A DNA stretch of 64,000 nt. It comes from an uncultured Actinomycetes bacterium. Lineage in GTDB: Bacteria > Actinomycetota > Thermoleophilia > UBA2241. This document shows positions 10,096-19,488 of the stretch, one piece after another. Positions within the stretch are counted from its first letter, which is position 1, and every line of letters begins with the position of its first letter. The notes beneath the pieces are model-generated. The model saw nothing but the letters and a program-made list of their open reading frames with translations. It did no database searches and was not told the origin of the DNA. The DNA is taken from assembly GCA_963767005.1 (NCBI GenBank), contig CAVYCN010000018.1, positions 1 to 64,000 of the forward strand. Direction: 5' to 3'. The translations under genes and the position numbers were made by a program.

Positions 10096-10800
10096 GTGAA
10101 CGGTCTGGCCGGCAAGACGGTGGTGGTCACGGGCGGCAGCAGCGGCATCGGCGCCGCGACCGTGGCGCGCTTTCGCGAAGAGGGCTGCACCGCGGTCGAT
10201 CTCTCACGCCATCCCTCGCCCGGCGGCATCGCCTGCGACGTGACCGACCTCGAGCAGGTGCGCGCGGCCTTCGCGCAGGTCGGCACGGTCGACGTCGTCG
10301 TGAACAACGCCGGCGTCAGCTACCGGCACCTCGCCGTCGAGATCACGGCCGCCGAGTGGCAGCAGGTGCTCGCCACCAACCTGACCGGCGTGTTCAACGT
10401 CGCCCAGGTCGGCGGCCGGCGCATGCTCGAGGGCGACGGCGGCGTGATCGTGAACGTCGCCTCGACCAACGCCCTGGTCGGCCACCCCCGCTACGCCGAC
10501 TACAACGCCACCAAGGCCGCCCTGCTCGCCCTCACGCGCACGCTCGCTCTCGAGTGGGCGCCCAGCGTGCGGGTGAACGCGGTCTGCCCGGGCTACGTGC
10601 TGACCCCCATGCAGGAGGCCGAGTACACGCCCGAGATGATCGCCGAGGTCAACGCCAAGATCCCGCTCGGCCGCCACGCCCACCCCGACGAGATCGCCGC
10701 GCTGCTGGCGTTCATGGCCAGCGACGAGGCCGCTTACATGACCGGCTCGGCCGTCGTGATCGACGGCGGCGAGACCGCCGGCGGCCTCGCCAGCCGCTGA
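10096..10800 (+). CDS. SDR family oxidoreductase
   Basis: TGGSSGIG, NNAG and YNATK motifs; GTG start at 10096. Confidence 0.9.
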   Translation: MNGLAGKTVVVTGGSSGIGAATVARFREEGCTAVDLSRHPSPGGIACDVTDLEQVRAAFAQVGTVDVVVNNAGVSYRHLAVEITAAEWQQVLATNLTGVFNVAQVGGRRMLEGDGGVIVNVASTNALVGHPRYADYNATKAALLALTRTLALEWAPSVRVNAVCPGYVLTPMQEAEYTPEMIAEVNAKIPLGRHAHPDEIAALLAFMASDEAAYMTGSAVVIDGGETAGGLASR

Positions 10801-10866
10801 CCGGGCCCCCGCGCGCCGCTGCGGCGCAAGACCGGCCGCCCCGCCTGCCGTGACCGGTAGGCCGCC

Positions 10867-13695
10867 CTACGCCGCCCGCCCGCGCCGCTTGCCGCCGTCT
10901 CCCAGGCCGACCGCCCGCAGCATCGCCGGTGTGATCTTCTGATGCACGTCGGCGTACCCCTGCCACGGATCGGCCGGCAGGCTCGCGAGGCGGCGCCGCA
11001 CGTTGCCCACCGTGTAGCGGTCGCCGCGCAGGTCGCTCGTGAGCTCGTCCCAGCGCAGGGGGGCGCTCACCGGCGCGCCCGGCCGACGGCGCGTGCCGTA
11101 GGGCGCGACGAACGTGGCGCCGCGGCCGTTGCGCAGGTAGTCGATGAAGGTCTTGCCCGGCCGCTTCTTGAGCGACATGGTGGCCACGAAGGCTTCCGGG
11201 TCGGCCGCGACCATGGCCTCGGTCAACGCGTGCGAGAAGTCCTTGACCTCGCCCCAGCCGCTCGCCGGATCGAGCGGCACCACCACGTGCAGCCCCTTGC
11301 CACCGCTCGTCTTGACGAAGCTCGCCAGGCCGAGCCCGTCGAGCAGGTGATGCAGGATGCGCGCCGCCTCGTTCACGCGCGAGAAGGGTAGATCCTCGGC
11401 CGGGTCGAGGTCGAACACCATCTGGTCGGGCCGTTCCAGGGTCTCCACATGAGACCCCCACACGTGGAACTCGAGCGCGCTCGCCTGGACGAGCGCAAGC
11501 ACGCCCGCCAGCGAGTCGACGGCCACGTAGACGCCGCTGCCGCCGTCCTCGTCGATCGGCACGCGCATGACCGACTCGGGAAAGCCGTCGGCCGCATGCT
11601 TCTGAAAGAAGCACTGGCCGGCGAGCCCGGCGGGGCAGCGCACGATGGTGAGCGGGCGCCGCACCACGTGAGGCAGGATCCATACGGCCACGTCCTCGTA
11701 GTAGCGGGCGAGCTCGACCTTGGTGAGCCCGATGTCGGGATACACGACACGGTCGGGATGGCTGATCGACACGCCGCCCACGGCCACGCGCTCGTCGTGC
11801 TCGCGCCCGCCGGGACGGGCCGCAGGCGAAACGGGCGCCGCCGCTCGCTCGGTCCCGGGCGGCGTGAGGGCGTCGGGCGGGGGCGCGAACGGCCGCCGCG
11901 CCGCCGCGGCCGCGGCCGGCCGCTCCGGCACGACGTCGCCGGCCGGCTTGTCGTAGCGCAGACCCTCGAACGACGGGTGGCGGAACATGCCGTGTCCGTT
12001 CCAGCTCAGGTACTCGATCTCGGCCACCAGGTCGGGCCGCGCCCAGAGCACCTCTCTGGCCTCGCGCCCGCGCGGACCGTCGACGAACGGGTTCTCGTCG
12101 CGCCGCAGCTTGTCGAGCCTCGTCCACAGCTCGCGCATGGCGACGTCGTCCCAGCCGGTGCCGACGCGCCCCGCGTAGCGCAGCGGGCCGCCCGGTCGGT
12201 CGTGGAAACCCAGGAGCAGCGCGCCGACGCCGCCCACGGTGCCGGCGCGCTCGGTGAAGCCGCCGATGGCGAACTCCTGGCGATGCAGGCATTTGACCTT
12301 GAGCCAGTCCCGGCCGCGCCCCGATCGATAGGGCGAGTCGGCGCGCTTGGCGATCGCGCCCTCGAGGGCGAAGGCGCAGGTCTGGCGAAAGAAGTTGGCG
12401 CCGCGCCCGACCAGGTGCTCGACGTAACGCACGCGCGCGCCCGGCGGCTGGCCCGCAAGGAGGCCCTGCAGGGCCTCCTTGCGGGCCAGCAGGGGCGCGC
12501 GCGTGAGGTCGTAGCCGTCCAGGTGAAGCAGGTCGAACACGTAGTAGACCACGCGCCCCTCCGGGTCGGTGCCGCCCTGCAGCGCGCTCGCCAGGCGCAA
12601 GAAGCTCGTGCGCCCGTCGTCGCCGACGTAGACGACCTCGCCGTCGAGCAGGGCGGCCCGCGCGGGCAGGGCGCTCACCGGCTCGAGCAGCGTGGGAACG
12701 TGTGAGGTCCAGTCGGCGCCGCGCCGCGTGAACAGCGACGCCCGGCCCGCCTCGAGACGGCACAGGACACGATAGCCGTCGAGCTTGATCTCGTGGAGCC
12801 AGTCGTCGCCGGGCGGCGCCTCGGCCACGAGCGTGGCGAGCTCGGGCTCGAAGCGCTCCGGCAGGGGCGCCTTGCGGGCGCCGGCGATGGCGGCCGGCTC
12901 GACGGCCACGGGCCGTCGAGCCGGCCGCCCGCGGCCGCCGGCGCCGCGTGCCACCTGCGCCCGCCGCGCCCGCAGCCGCTCGGCCACGTCGCGCGGCTGC
13001 TGGCCGCGGCCGTCGCCGTCCGTGCTCCACACGCGATCCAGGTCGGCCGCTATCTGCTCGAGCGAGCGGCCCGTCTTCGCGCTCTCGGGCCGCAGCGTCG
13101 TGACGTCGGCCTGGGGCCCGGTGCGCGCCTCGTCGTCGCGCTCCTTGAACAGCAGCCAGCTCTCTTTGTCGCCCTGCTCGTCGGGGCGAGGCTTCAGGCG
13201 CACGAGCATCCAGGCGCCGCGCAGCTTCTCGCCCTCGAGGCGGAACTTGAGGTGGCCCTCGCGCACGTCGGCCGCGGGGTCGCCATCGCCGGCGTACGCC
13301 CAGTGACCGCGGTCCCAGACCATGACCGTGCCGCCGCCGTACTCCCCTTTGGGGATGACCCCCTCGAAGTCGTTGTAGTCGATCGGGTGGTCCTCGACCC
13401 GAACCGCCAGGTGCTTGTCGGCCGGATCGAGGCTGGGGCCCTTGGGCACGGCCCAGCTCAGCATCACGCCATCGAGCTCGAGGCGCAGGTCGTAGTGCAG
13501 CCGGCGAGCGGCATGCCTCTGGATGACGTACAGGTCGCCGCGCGGGCTCGACCCCACCGCCGGACCGGGCTCGGGCGTGGCCCCGAAGCGACGCTTGCGG
13601 CGGTAGTCGCGCAGCGGCTCCGGCGCGGCTCGCCGCCGCCCGGCCGCCTCCTCGCCGGCGTCGCCGGCCTTACCGCGTGGAGCGCCTCTGGGCAT
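10867..13695 (-). CDS. ligD: NHEJ DNA ligase D (phosphoesterase-ligase-polymerase)
   Basis: PE domain (RLHYDLRLE, SWAVPKGPS), ligase domain (EIKLDGYR, WLKVKC) and primase-polymerase domain (FDLDP, KTSGGKGLH, IDYLRN); AGGAGGAGG RBS. Confidence 0.93.
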   Translation of the reverse strand: MPRGAPRGKAGDAGEEAAGRRRAAPEPLRDYRRKRRFGATPEPGPAVGSSPRGDLYVIQRHAARRLHYDLRLELDGVMLSWAVPKGPSLDPADKHLAVRVEDHPIDYNDFEGVIPKGEYGGGTVMVWDRGHWAYAGDGDPAADVREGHLKFRLEGEKLRGAWMLVRLKPRPDEQGDKESWLLFKERDDEARTGPQADVTTLRPESAKTGRSLEQIAADLDRVWSTDGDGRGQQPRDVAERLRARRAQVARGAGGRGRPARRPVAVEPAAIAGARKAPLPERFEPELATLVAEAPPGDDWLHEIKLDGYRVLCRLEAGRASLFTRRGADWTSHVPTLLEPVSALPARAALLDGEVVYVGDDGRTSFLRLASALQGGTDPEGRVVYYVFDLLHLDGYDLTRAPLLARKEALQGLLAGQPPGARVRYVEHLVGRGANFFRQTCAFALEGAIAKRADSPYRSGRGRDWLKVKCLHRQEFAIGGFTERAGTVGGVGALLLGFHDRPGGPLRYAGRVGTGWDDVAMRELWTRLDKLRRDENPFVDGPRGREAREVLWARPDLVAEIEYLSWNGHGMFRHPSFEGLRYDKPAGDVVPERPAAAAAARRPFAPPPDALTPPGTERAAAPVSPAARPGGREHDERVAVGGVSISHPDRVVYPDIGLTKVELARYYEDVAVWILPHVVRRPLTIVRCPAGLAGQCFFQKHAADGFPESVMRVPIDEDGGSGVYVAVDSLAGVLALVQASALEFHVWGSHVETLERPDQMVFDLDPAEDLPFSRVNEAARILHHLLDGLGLASFVKTSGGKGLHVVVPLDPASGWGEVKDFSHALTEAMVAADPEAFVATMSLKKRPGKTFIDYLRNGRGATFVAPYGTRRRPGAPVSAPLRWDELTSDLRGDRYTVGNVRRRLASLPADPWQGYADVHQKITPAMLRAVGLGDGGKRRGRAA

Positions 13696-13887
13696 CGTCC
13701 ACCTCCTCCTTGCGCTGTGTGCCCAGCGGCCGCCGCGCCCTATCACGCCGGCCGTCGCAGCGCCCGCTCGCCCCATCGTCGGCGCGCCCTGTCGCCCTCA
13801 CAGTCGGCACGCCACGACCGGCGCCGCGCGCCGGGCCGACCGCGCCGCCGCCGTGCACCACGAGCGTGGTTCGCAGGGGTTTTGTCC

Positions 13888-14057
13888 TTGTGACCGAAGG
13901 AGATACCTGCTATGGTGATTGTCGTAGATACCGAAGAGCCGGTGCAGACCGCGTCCGCGAACTTCGCGGCCGGATCCTCTTCACAAGTCCATTACCCCCG
14001 AGAAACCTGGGTGCCCCGGCAGTTTTCTCCACGTAGGCAAAGGAGAACTGCCGTCCT
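13888..14057 (+). promoter_or_regulatory. Sigma70-type promoter and structured 5' UTR of the DEAD-box helicase gene
   Basis: TTGTGA-17 nt-TATGGT with an extended TG. The hairpin GGCAGTTTTCTCC/GGAGAACTGCC (14018-14052) covers the Shine-Dalgarno. Confidence 0.55.
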
Positions 14058-15341
14058 ATGAGCACCGCTATCAGCACGTCCGCTACCGACACGTCCGCAA
14101 CGGGCTTTGCCGGTCTGAACCTCGAACCCGCCCTGCTCGCCGCCGTCGAGCGTCTCGGCTACGCCCAGCCGACGGCCATCCAGGAGCAGGCCATCCCCCA
14201 GGTCGTCGCCGGCCGCGACGTCGTCGGCTGCGCCCAGACCGGCACCGGCAAGACGGCGGCCTTCGTGCTGCCCGTCCTGCAGCGGCTCGGCCGCGGCGAG
14301 GGCGCCCGCGGCCTCGTCGTCACCCCCACACGTGAGCTCTGTGCGCAGATCGAAGAGGTCGCGCGCGTGGTCTGCAAGGAGACCGGCCAGCACGTCGTCG
14401 CCATCTACGGCGGTGTGCCCTACGAGCCCCAGGTCGCGAAGGTGCGCAAGGGAGTCGACCTCGTCGTCGCCACCCCGGGCCGCCTGCTCGACGTCGTGCA
14501 GCGCGGCGACCTCAGCCTGTCAAAGGTCGAGACCCTCGTGCTCGACGAAGCCGACCGCATGCTCGACATGGGCTTCTGGCCCGACGTCCAGCGCATCATC
14601 CGCAAGCTGCCGACCGAGCGCCAGAACCTGCTCTTCTCGGCCACCATGTCGCGCGGCGTACTCGAAGCGGTGCGCGACACGCTGCACGACCCGGTGCGCG
14701 TGCAGATCGGTGAGGTCGCGATGCCGGTCGACGAGGTCGAGCAGGCCGTCTACCCGGTGAACGCCGAGCAGAAGACCGACCTCCTCGTCCACTTCCTGCG
14801 CCACCACCGGCCCAAGCGCGCGCTCATCTTCACGCGCACCAAGCACCGCGCCGACCGGCTCGAGCGCCTGCTCGCGCGCCACGGCATCAAGGGCACGATC
14901 ATGCACTCCAACCGCACCCAGTCGCAGCGTGAGAAGGCGCTCGAGGGGTTCAAGAAGGGGCGCTACTCGGTGCTGATCGCGACCGACATCGTGGCTCGCG
15001 GCATCGACGTCGACGGCATCTCCCACGTCGTCAACTACGACATCCCGCTCAAGCCCGAGGACTACGTCCATCGCATCGGCCGCACCGCGCGCGCCGGAGC
15101 CCGGGGCGAGGCTGTCATCCTGCTCACCGCCGAGGACGTGCACGAGCTCAAGGCCATCGAGCGTCTGATCGGCGCCGAGATCGAGCGCCGCGACCTGCCC
15201 GGCTTCGAATACGAGAGCCGCCACATCCCCGATTCCAAGGACGTCCCCAAGCGCCCCGGCAAGCTGCTCTACCGCGGCGGCGCGCAGCGCGCCATGCAGC
15301 GCGGATTCCGCTTCTCCAAGCCGCGCGCCAAGACGAGCTGA
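14058..15341 (+). CDS. rhlE: DEAD-box RNA helicase (RhlE-like)
   Basis: AQTGTGKT, PTREL, TPGR, DEAD, SAT and HRIGRTAR motifs. Confidence 0.93.
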   Translation: MSTAISTSATDTSATGFAGLNLEPALLAAVERLGYAQPTAIQEQAIPQVVAGRDVVGCAQTGTGKTAAFVLPVLQRLGRGEGARGLVVTPTRELCAQIEEVARVVCKETGQHVVAIYGGVPYEPQVAKVRKGVDLVVATPGRLLDVVQRGDLSLSKVETLVLDEADRMLDMGFWPDVQRIIRKLPTERQNLLFSATMSRGVLEAVRDTLHDPVRVQIGEVAMPVDEVEQAVYPVNAEQKTDLLVHFLRHHRPKRALIFTRTKHRADRLERLLARHGIKGTIMHSNRTQSQREKALEGFKKGRYSVLIATDIVARGIDVDGISHVVNYDIPLKPEDYVHRIGRTARAGARGEAVILLTAEDVHELKAIERLIGAEIERRDLPGFEYESRHIPDSKDVPKRPGKLLYRGGAQRAMQRGFRFSKPRAKTS

Positions 15342-15349
15342 GCCACGCA

Positions 15350-15400
15350 CGCTAAAGCACCGCCGACGCGGCCGCTCGCCGCGCCGGCGGTGCTTTAGCG
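15350..15400. terminator. Hairpin between convergent genes, probable bidirectional terminator
   Basis: Inverted repeat CGCTAAAGCACCGCCG/CGGCGGTGCTTTAGCG. Confidence 0.6.
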
Positions 15401-16654
15401 CTCCGGCGCGGCGCCCTGCGCGAGCCGGTAGCCCACGAAACGCGGCATGAGCCGGGCCACCACGGCGATGCCGGCGACGCAGCCCAGGCCGCCGAGCACG
15501 ACCGATACCTGCGTGCCGACGAGCGCCGCGGCGGCCCCGGCCTCGGCGTTGCCGAGGCGTGGGCCGCCCTGCACCACCGCGGCCTGGATGGCCGACAGGC
15601 GGCCGCGCAGGCGGTCGGGCGCCTCGACCTGCAGGATCGTGCTGCGAAACACGGCCGAGATCACGTCGGCCCAGCCGGCCACGGCGAGCAGGACGAGAGC
15701 CGGCACGAGCCAGGGCGACAGGCCGAACAGGGCGATCGCCAGGCCCCAGGCGGCGATCGCCGCGACGACGGCCCGCCCAGGCCGCGCCACGCGCGCGGTC
15801 CAGCCCGAAAGCAGCATGCCTGCCAGGGCGCCGGCGCCGGGCGCGGCGTAGAGATAGCCCAACACCTCGGGGCCGCCGTGGAAGTGATGCAGGGCGAGGG
15901 CCGGGAACAGGGCCGTCGGCATGCCGAGGATCATGGCGTCGAGGTCTGACACGAAGCACCCCTGGATCGCCTGCCGGCCGCGCAGGTAACCGAAGCCCTC
16001 GACGATCGAGCCCAGGCCGAACCTCGTACCGCGCCCCTCGGGCCGCTGGCGGGGCAGCGCCAGGGCGGCGGCGAGGGCGGCGGCGAAGCTCGCCACGTCG
16101 ATCCAGTAGACGGCCGTCACGCCGAGGCGGGCGAGCAGCAGGCCGCCGAGCGCCGGCCCCGCCACGAGCGAGATCTGCAGCAGGAGCTGTCGCAGCACGT
16201 TGGCCGTGGCAAACGAGTCCCAGGGGACGAGGTTCATCATGATGGCGGTGCGCGCCGGGCTGTCGGCGCCGGCAAAGCCGGCGCTCGCGGCGGCGAGCAC
16301 GAAGATCGGCCAGAGCGCGGGCGTCCGGCCCATGGTGTTCAGGGCGAGGCCGACGCTGCAGAGCGCCATCGCGACCTGCGTCACGACGAGCAGCTTGCGG
16401 CGATCGACCGCGTCGGCGACCGACCCGCCGAGGAGCGCCCCGGCGAGCGCCGGACCGAGCTGAGCCAGGCTCACGAGGCCCACGTCGAGCGACGAGCCGG
16501 TGAGCACGTAGACCTGGTAGAAGACCGCGACCAGCGTGAGCTGCGAGCCGACCTGCGACACGGCAAGGCCGAGCCACAGGCGCCGGAACGCCGGGTAGCG
16601 GCGGAGCGGCCCGATGTCGAGAAGCGGCGACCGGGCCGGCGGACGCGAGCTCAC
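15395..16654 (-). CDS. MFS transporter (EntS/DHA3-like)
   Basis: About 12 hydrophobic segments; motif A GSVADAVDRRKL; RLRGRLSA. Confidence 0.88.
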   Translation of the reverse strand: MSSRPPARSPLLDIGPLRRYPAFRRLWLGLAVSQVGSQLTLVAVFYQVYVLTGSSLDVGLVSLAQLGPALAGALLGGSVADAVDRRKLLVVTQVAMALCSVGLALNTMGRTPALWPIFVLAAASAGFAGADSPARTAIMMNLVPWDSFATANVLRQLLLQISLVAGPALGGLLLARLGVTAVYWIDVASFAAALAAALALPRQRPEGRGTRFGLGSIVEGFGYLRGRQAIQGCFVSDLDAMILGMPTALFPALALHHFHGGPEVLGYLYAAPGAGALAGMLLSGWTARVARPGRAVVAAIAAWGLAIALFGLSPWLVPALVLLAVAGWADVISAVFRSTILQVEAPDRLRGRLSAIQAAVVQGGPRLGNAEAGAAAALVGTQVSVVLGGLGCVAGIAVVARLMPRFVGYRLAQGAAPER

Positions 16655-16682
16655 GCGCGGCGCGGCGGACGGTGCGGCCGGT

Positions 16683-17144
16683 TCAGCTTGCGGCCCGGCC
16701 CTCGAGCGCCTTCACGATCTTCTCGATCTCGCTGTCCTGGGCCAGCAGGTGCGCCTGGATCTGCTTGGCCTCCTCGAGCACGGCGGCCGCGTCCTTGTAG
16801 GTCGCCTCGGCGCGCTGGTCGGCCGCCGCGGCCTGCACGTTCTGGCCGACGATGATGATGGGCAGCAGCACGAGCTGCAGGAACGTCTGCGCGATCCAGG
16901 CGACGATGATGAGCTTGTCGCCCGAACGCAGTGCGGTCGGGGCGCTGATGAGGGCGAGACAGGTGAACAGGTAGGCGCACCACATGGTGCCCACGATCAC
17001 CGTGATCTTGAGGCCGACCTTGGCGTTGAACCGGCCGATCGGTCCCGGGCCGTGGACCTGGGCGACCGCCGCGGCCACCGTCGGTGGCCCGGCGGCCTTG
17101 CGCTCCTCCGCATGGGGGTGCTGGACGTACTCGAAGATCGACAT
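16683..17144 (-). CDS. Small membrane protein (DUF1003-like)
   Basis: Two TM segments, FLQLVLLPIIIVGQN and a C-terminal coiled coil; GAGGAGG RBS. Confidence 0.7.
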   Translation of the reverse strand: MSIFEYVQHPHAEERKAAGPPTVAAAVAQVHGPGPIGRFNAKVGLKITVIVGTMWCAYLFTCLALISAPTALRSGDKLIIVAWIAQTFLQLVLLPIIIVGQNVQAAAADQRAEATYKDAAAVLEEAKQIQAHLLAQDSEIEKIVKALEGRAAS

Positions 17145-17285
17145 GCCGCCTCCTCGCGACGACCCGGGATTCATCCGTCGCAGATTCGCGAGCGTGGCGC
17201 GAAAGCCTGCTCGTCCCGCGGTGCGGCCGGGCTCGCGGCGCCAGCGACCTGCAGTCACCCAAGGGGGCGTGTCCGGCGAACGCCG

Positions 17286-17903
17286 TCAGGCGTCGAGCAG
17301 GGCGAGCAGGTCTGCAGGCGTGCCGGCGATGTGGTCCGGCCGGGCGCGGGCGAGCCGCTCGCGCGAGTGCCAGCCCCAGGCGGCGGCGATGGCGCGGGCT
17401 CCAGCGGCACGGGCCTCGGCGATGTCGCCGACCGTGTCGCCCACATACCACGAGCCGTCGGCGCCGGCGTGACGCCGCCGCGCCAGACCGATCTTCTCGA
17501 CCTTGCTGGCCGCCACCTCGTTGCCGAGCACGCCGGCGATGCCGGCGATGCCGTAGCGGCGCAGGAACTCCTCGACGATGTCGGCACGGTTCGACGTGAC
17601 GACCAGGACGTCGTGTCGTGCCCCCAGTCGCCCGATGACGTGCGGGATGTCGTCGAAGGGGCCGAAACCGCCGGTCGCGAGGGCCCGTGCTACGTACCCG
17701 TCGATCTCGTCGGCGGCGACCGCCGGCACGCCCTCGGCGAGCAGCCCCTCGAACCAGTTGGTCTCGACCATGCGCAGCAGGGCCTCGGCCGAGGCGAGCC
17801 CCGGGAACCCGTGCGCGGTCATGACGGCGACCTGGGCGGCGACGGTCACGTCGAGCGAGTCGGCGATCACGCCGTCGAAGTCGAGCATGACGAGCTCGCT
17901 CAC
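17286..17903 (-). CDS. HAD-superfamily hydrolase
   Basis: LDFDGVIADS, VTSN and YVGDTVGDI motifs. Confidence 0.85.
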   Translation of the reverse strand: MSELVMLDFDGVIADSLDVTVAAQVAVMTAHGFPGLASAEALLRMVETNWFEGLLAEGVPAVAADEIDGYVARALATGGFGPFDDIPHVIGRLGARHDVLVVTSNRADIVEEFLRRYGIAGIAGVLGNEVAASKVEKIGLARRRHAGADGSWYVGDTVGDIAEARAAGARAIAAAWGWHSRERLARARPDHIAGTPADLLALLDA

Positions 17904-17990
17904 CGCCGGCCACTCCCCACGCCGAGCCTGCGGGCACGGCACGCAGCCGCAGTCGACGCGTTCACGGACGGCTCACGCCGGCAGGACTGC

Positions 17991-19430
17991 TCACGCCGGC
18001 ACGACCTCGTCGAGGCGCGCCGCAAGGCCGTCGGGCAGCGCCGGCGCCTCGTGCGCGGCGAGCAACTCGAGGGCGCGCTCGTGCGCCTTGCGCGTGAGGT
18101 CGAGCCCGCCGTGCTCGAGCCAGCGGTCGTGGCTCATGCGGTTCAGCAGGCGCGGCCGCCACTGACTCGACCGCAGGTGGTGCTTCGTGTGGCGCTGGCC
18201 CAGAAAGTCGCCGCCGGGCCCGACCTTGACGAGCACGTCGACGGCCAGCGTCTCGGGCGAGACCTCGATCTCGGCGAGCAGGCGGCGGTCGCGCGCGATG
18301 AACTCGTCGACCATGACGAGCTCCTCGAGCGAGCCGGTGAGGCCGAAGTCCAGGTAGCCGCAGTCGTGGTTCAAGTTGGAGCCGAGCTGCAGGGACAGCT
18401 TGGTGAGCTCGTCGGCCTCCATGCCGGCCTGGGCGTCGATCACCTGGGCGTCGGTGTGGCCGCTGAAGCCCCAGTTCGGCAGGTCGAGCCACTTCGCCAT
18501 CTCGACCTCACAGGCGTAGGCGCGCACGAACTCGGGCGCGTTGTACATGGACTGCGCCGTGGCCATGTCGAGCACGTTCGGCCCCTGGCCGATGACGAAG
18601 GGCGCGCCCGGGGCGCGGAGCTGGTGCATGACGAGGCCGAACAGCGCCTCGGCCACCCCCAGGGTGATCTGGCCCGCGGTCGTGATCGGCGCCGTGCCGC
18701 CGGCCGTCGGCGAGGGGCAGTAGGTCGAGGGGATGCCGCGGTCGGCGCAGAAGAGCAGCTTGTCGACCGTCTCGAACGGGTGCTTGAGCGGGCTCACCGG
18801 CTGGTTGTACATGACGAAGTAGGGCTTGGCCCGCAGCGCGGCGGCGCCGCCGCGCACCGCGCACGCCATGCGCCACATGGGTTCGACCGTCTCGACGCCG
18901 CCGGCCGTCAGGACGAGCGGCTTGGTCGTGGCCGGGATCATCGCCCGGAACTGGCGCGGGTAGGCCTCTTGTGCCTCCATGCCGTCGGGGTAGGCGCCCG
19001 ACATCACGAAATCGATCTCGGGCAGGGCGTCGCACAGACGGGCGGCGACCGCGACGTCGGCGAGCGCCGCGAGGCGGCGCTCGCCGCTCTCCAGGTCGAA
19101 GAGGTGCATGAGGTCGGAGCCGTTGCCGAAGTACGAGTTGCGGCCGCCGACCTCCATGGCCGGCTCGCCCGAGCGGTCGTACACGGTGAAGCTCGCCGGC
19201 GCCGTCGCGCGGGCCTGCTCGACGAGCCGAGCCGGCACGTGCACGAGACCGGCGTCGTCGCACCGGCAGCCGCCGTCGAGCATGACCCGCTCGCCCTCGT
19301 CGTGCAGCACCTTCATGCCGACGTCGGCGAGGATGCCGAGCGCCGTGTCGTAGATCAGCCGCTTCTGCGCCTCGCTCAGGAACGCGACGCGCCCCGCGCC
19401 TGCCTGCTTGCCCGTCTCTGCCATGGTCAC
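17991..19430 (-). CDS. Non-pyrrolysine MttB-superfamily corrinoid methyltransferase
   Basis: MttB-family features (PVSPL, AGGTAPIT, DAQAGME). His occupies the Pyl-equivalent site (LPNWGFSG-H-TDAQ). Confidence 0.88.
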   Translation of the reverse strand: MTMAETGKQAGAGRVAFLSEAQKRLIYDTALGILADVGMKVLHDEGERVMLDGGCRCDDAGLVHVPARLVEQARATAPASFTVYDRSGEPAMEVGGRNSYFGNGSDLMHLFDLESGERRLAALADVAVAARLCDALPEIDFVMSGAYPDGMEAQEAYPRQFRAMIPATTKPLVLTAGGVETVEPMWRMACAVRGGAAALRAKPYFVMYNQPVSPLKHPFETVDKLLFCADRGIPSTYCPSPTAGGTAPITTAGQITLGVAEALFGLVMHQLRAPGAPFVIGQGPNVLDMATAQSMYNAPEFVRAYACEVEMAKWLDLPNWGFSGHTDAQVIDAQAGMEADELTKLSLQLGSNLNHDCGYLDFGLTGSLEELVMVDEFIARDRRLLAEIEVSPETLAVDVLVKVGPGGDFLGQRHTKHHLRSSQWRPRLLNRMSHDRWLEHGGLDLTRKAHERALELLAAHEAPALPDGLAARLDEVVPA

Positions 19431-19488
19431 TCCCGATCTCGGCGTGCCGCCGGCGCCGGTCGCGGCGCCCTCGTCGTCTTCCGCGGTG

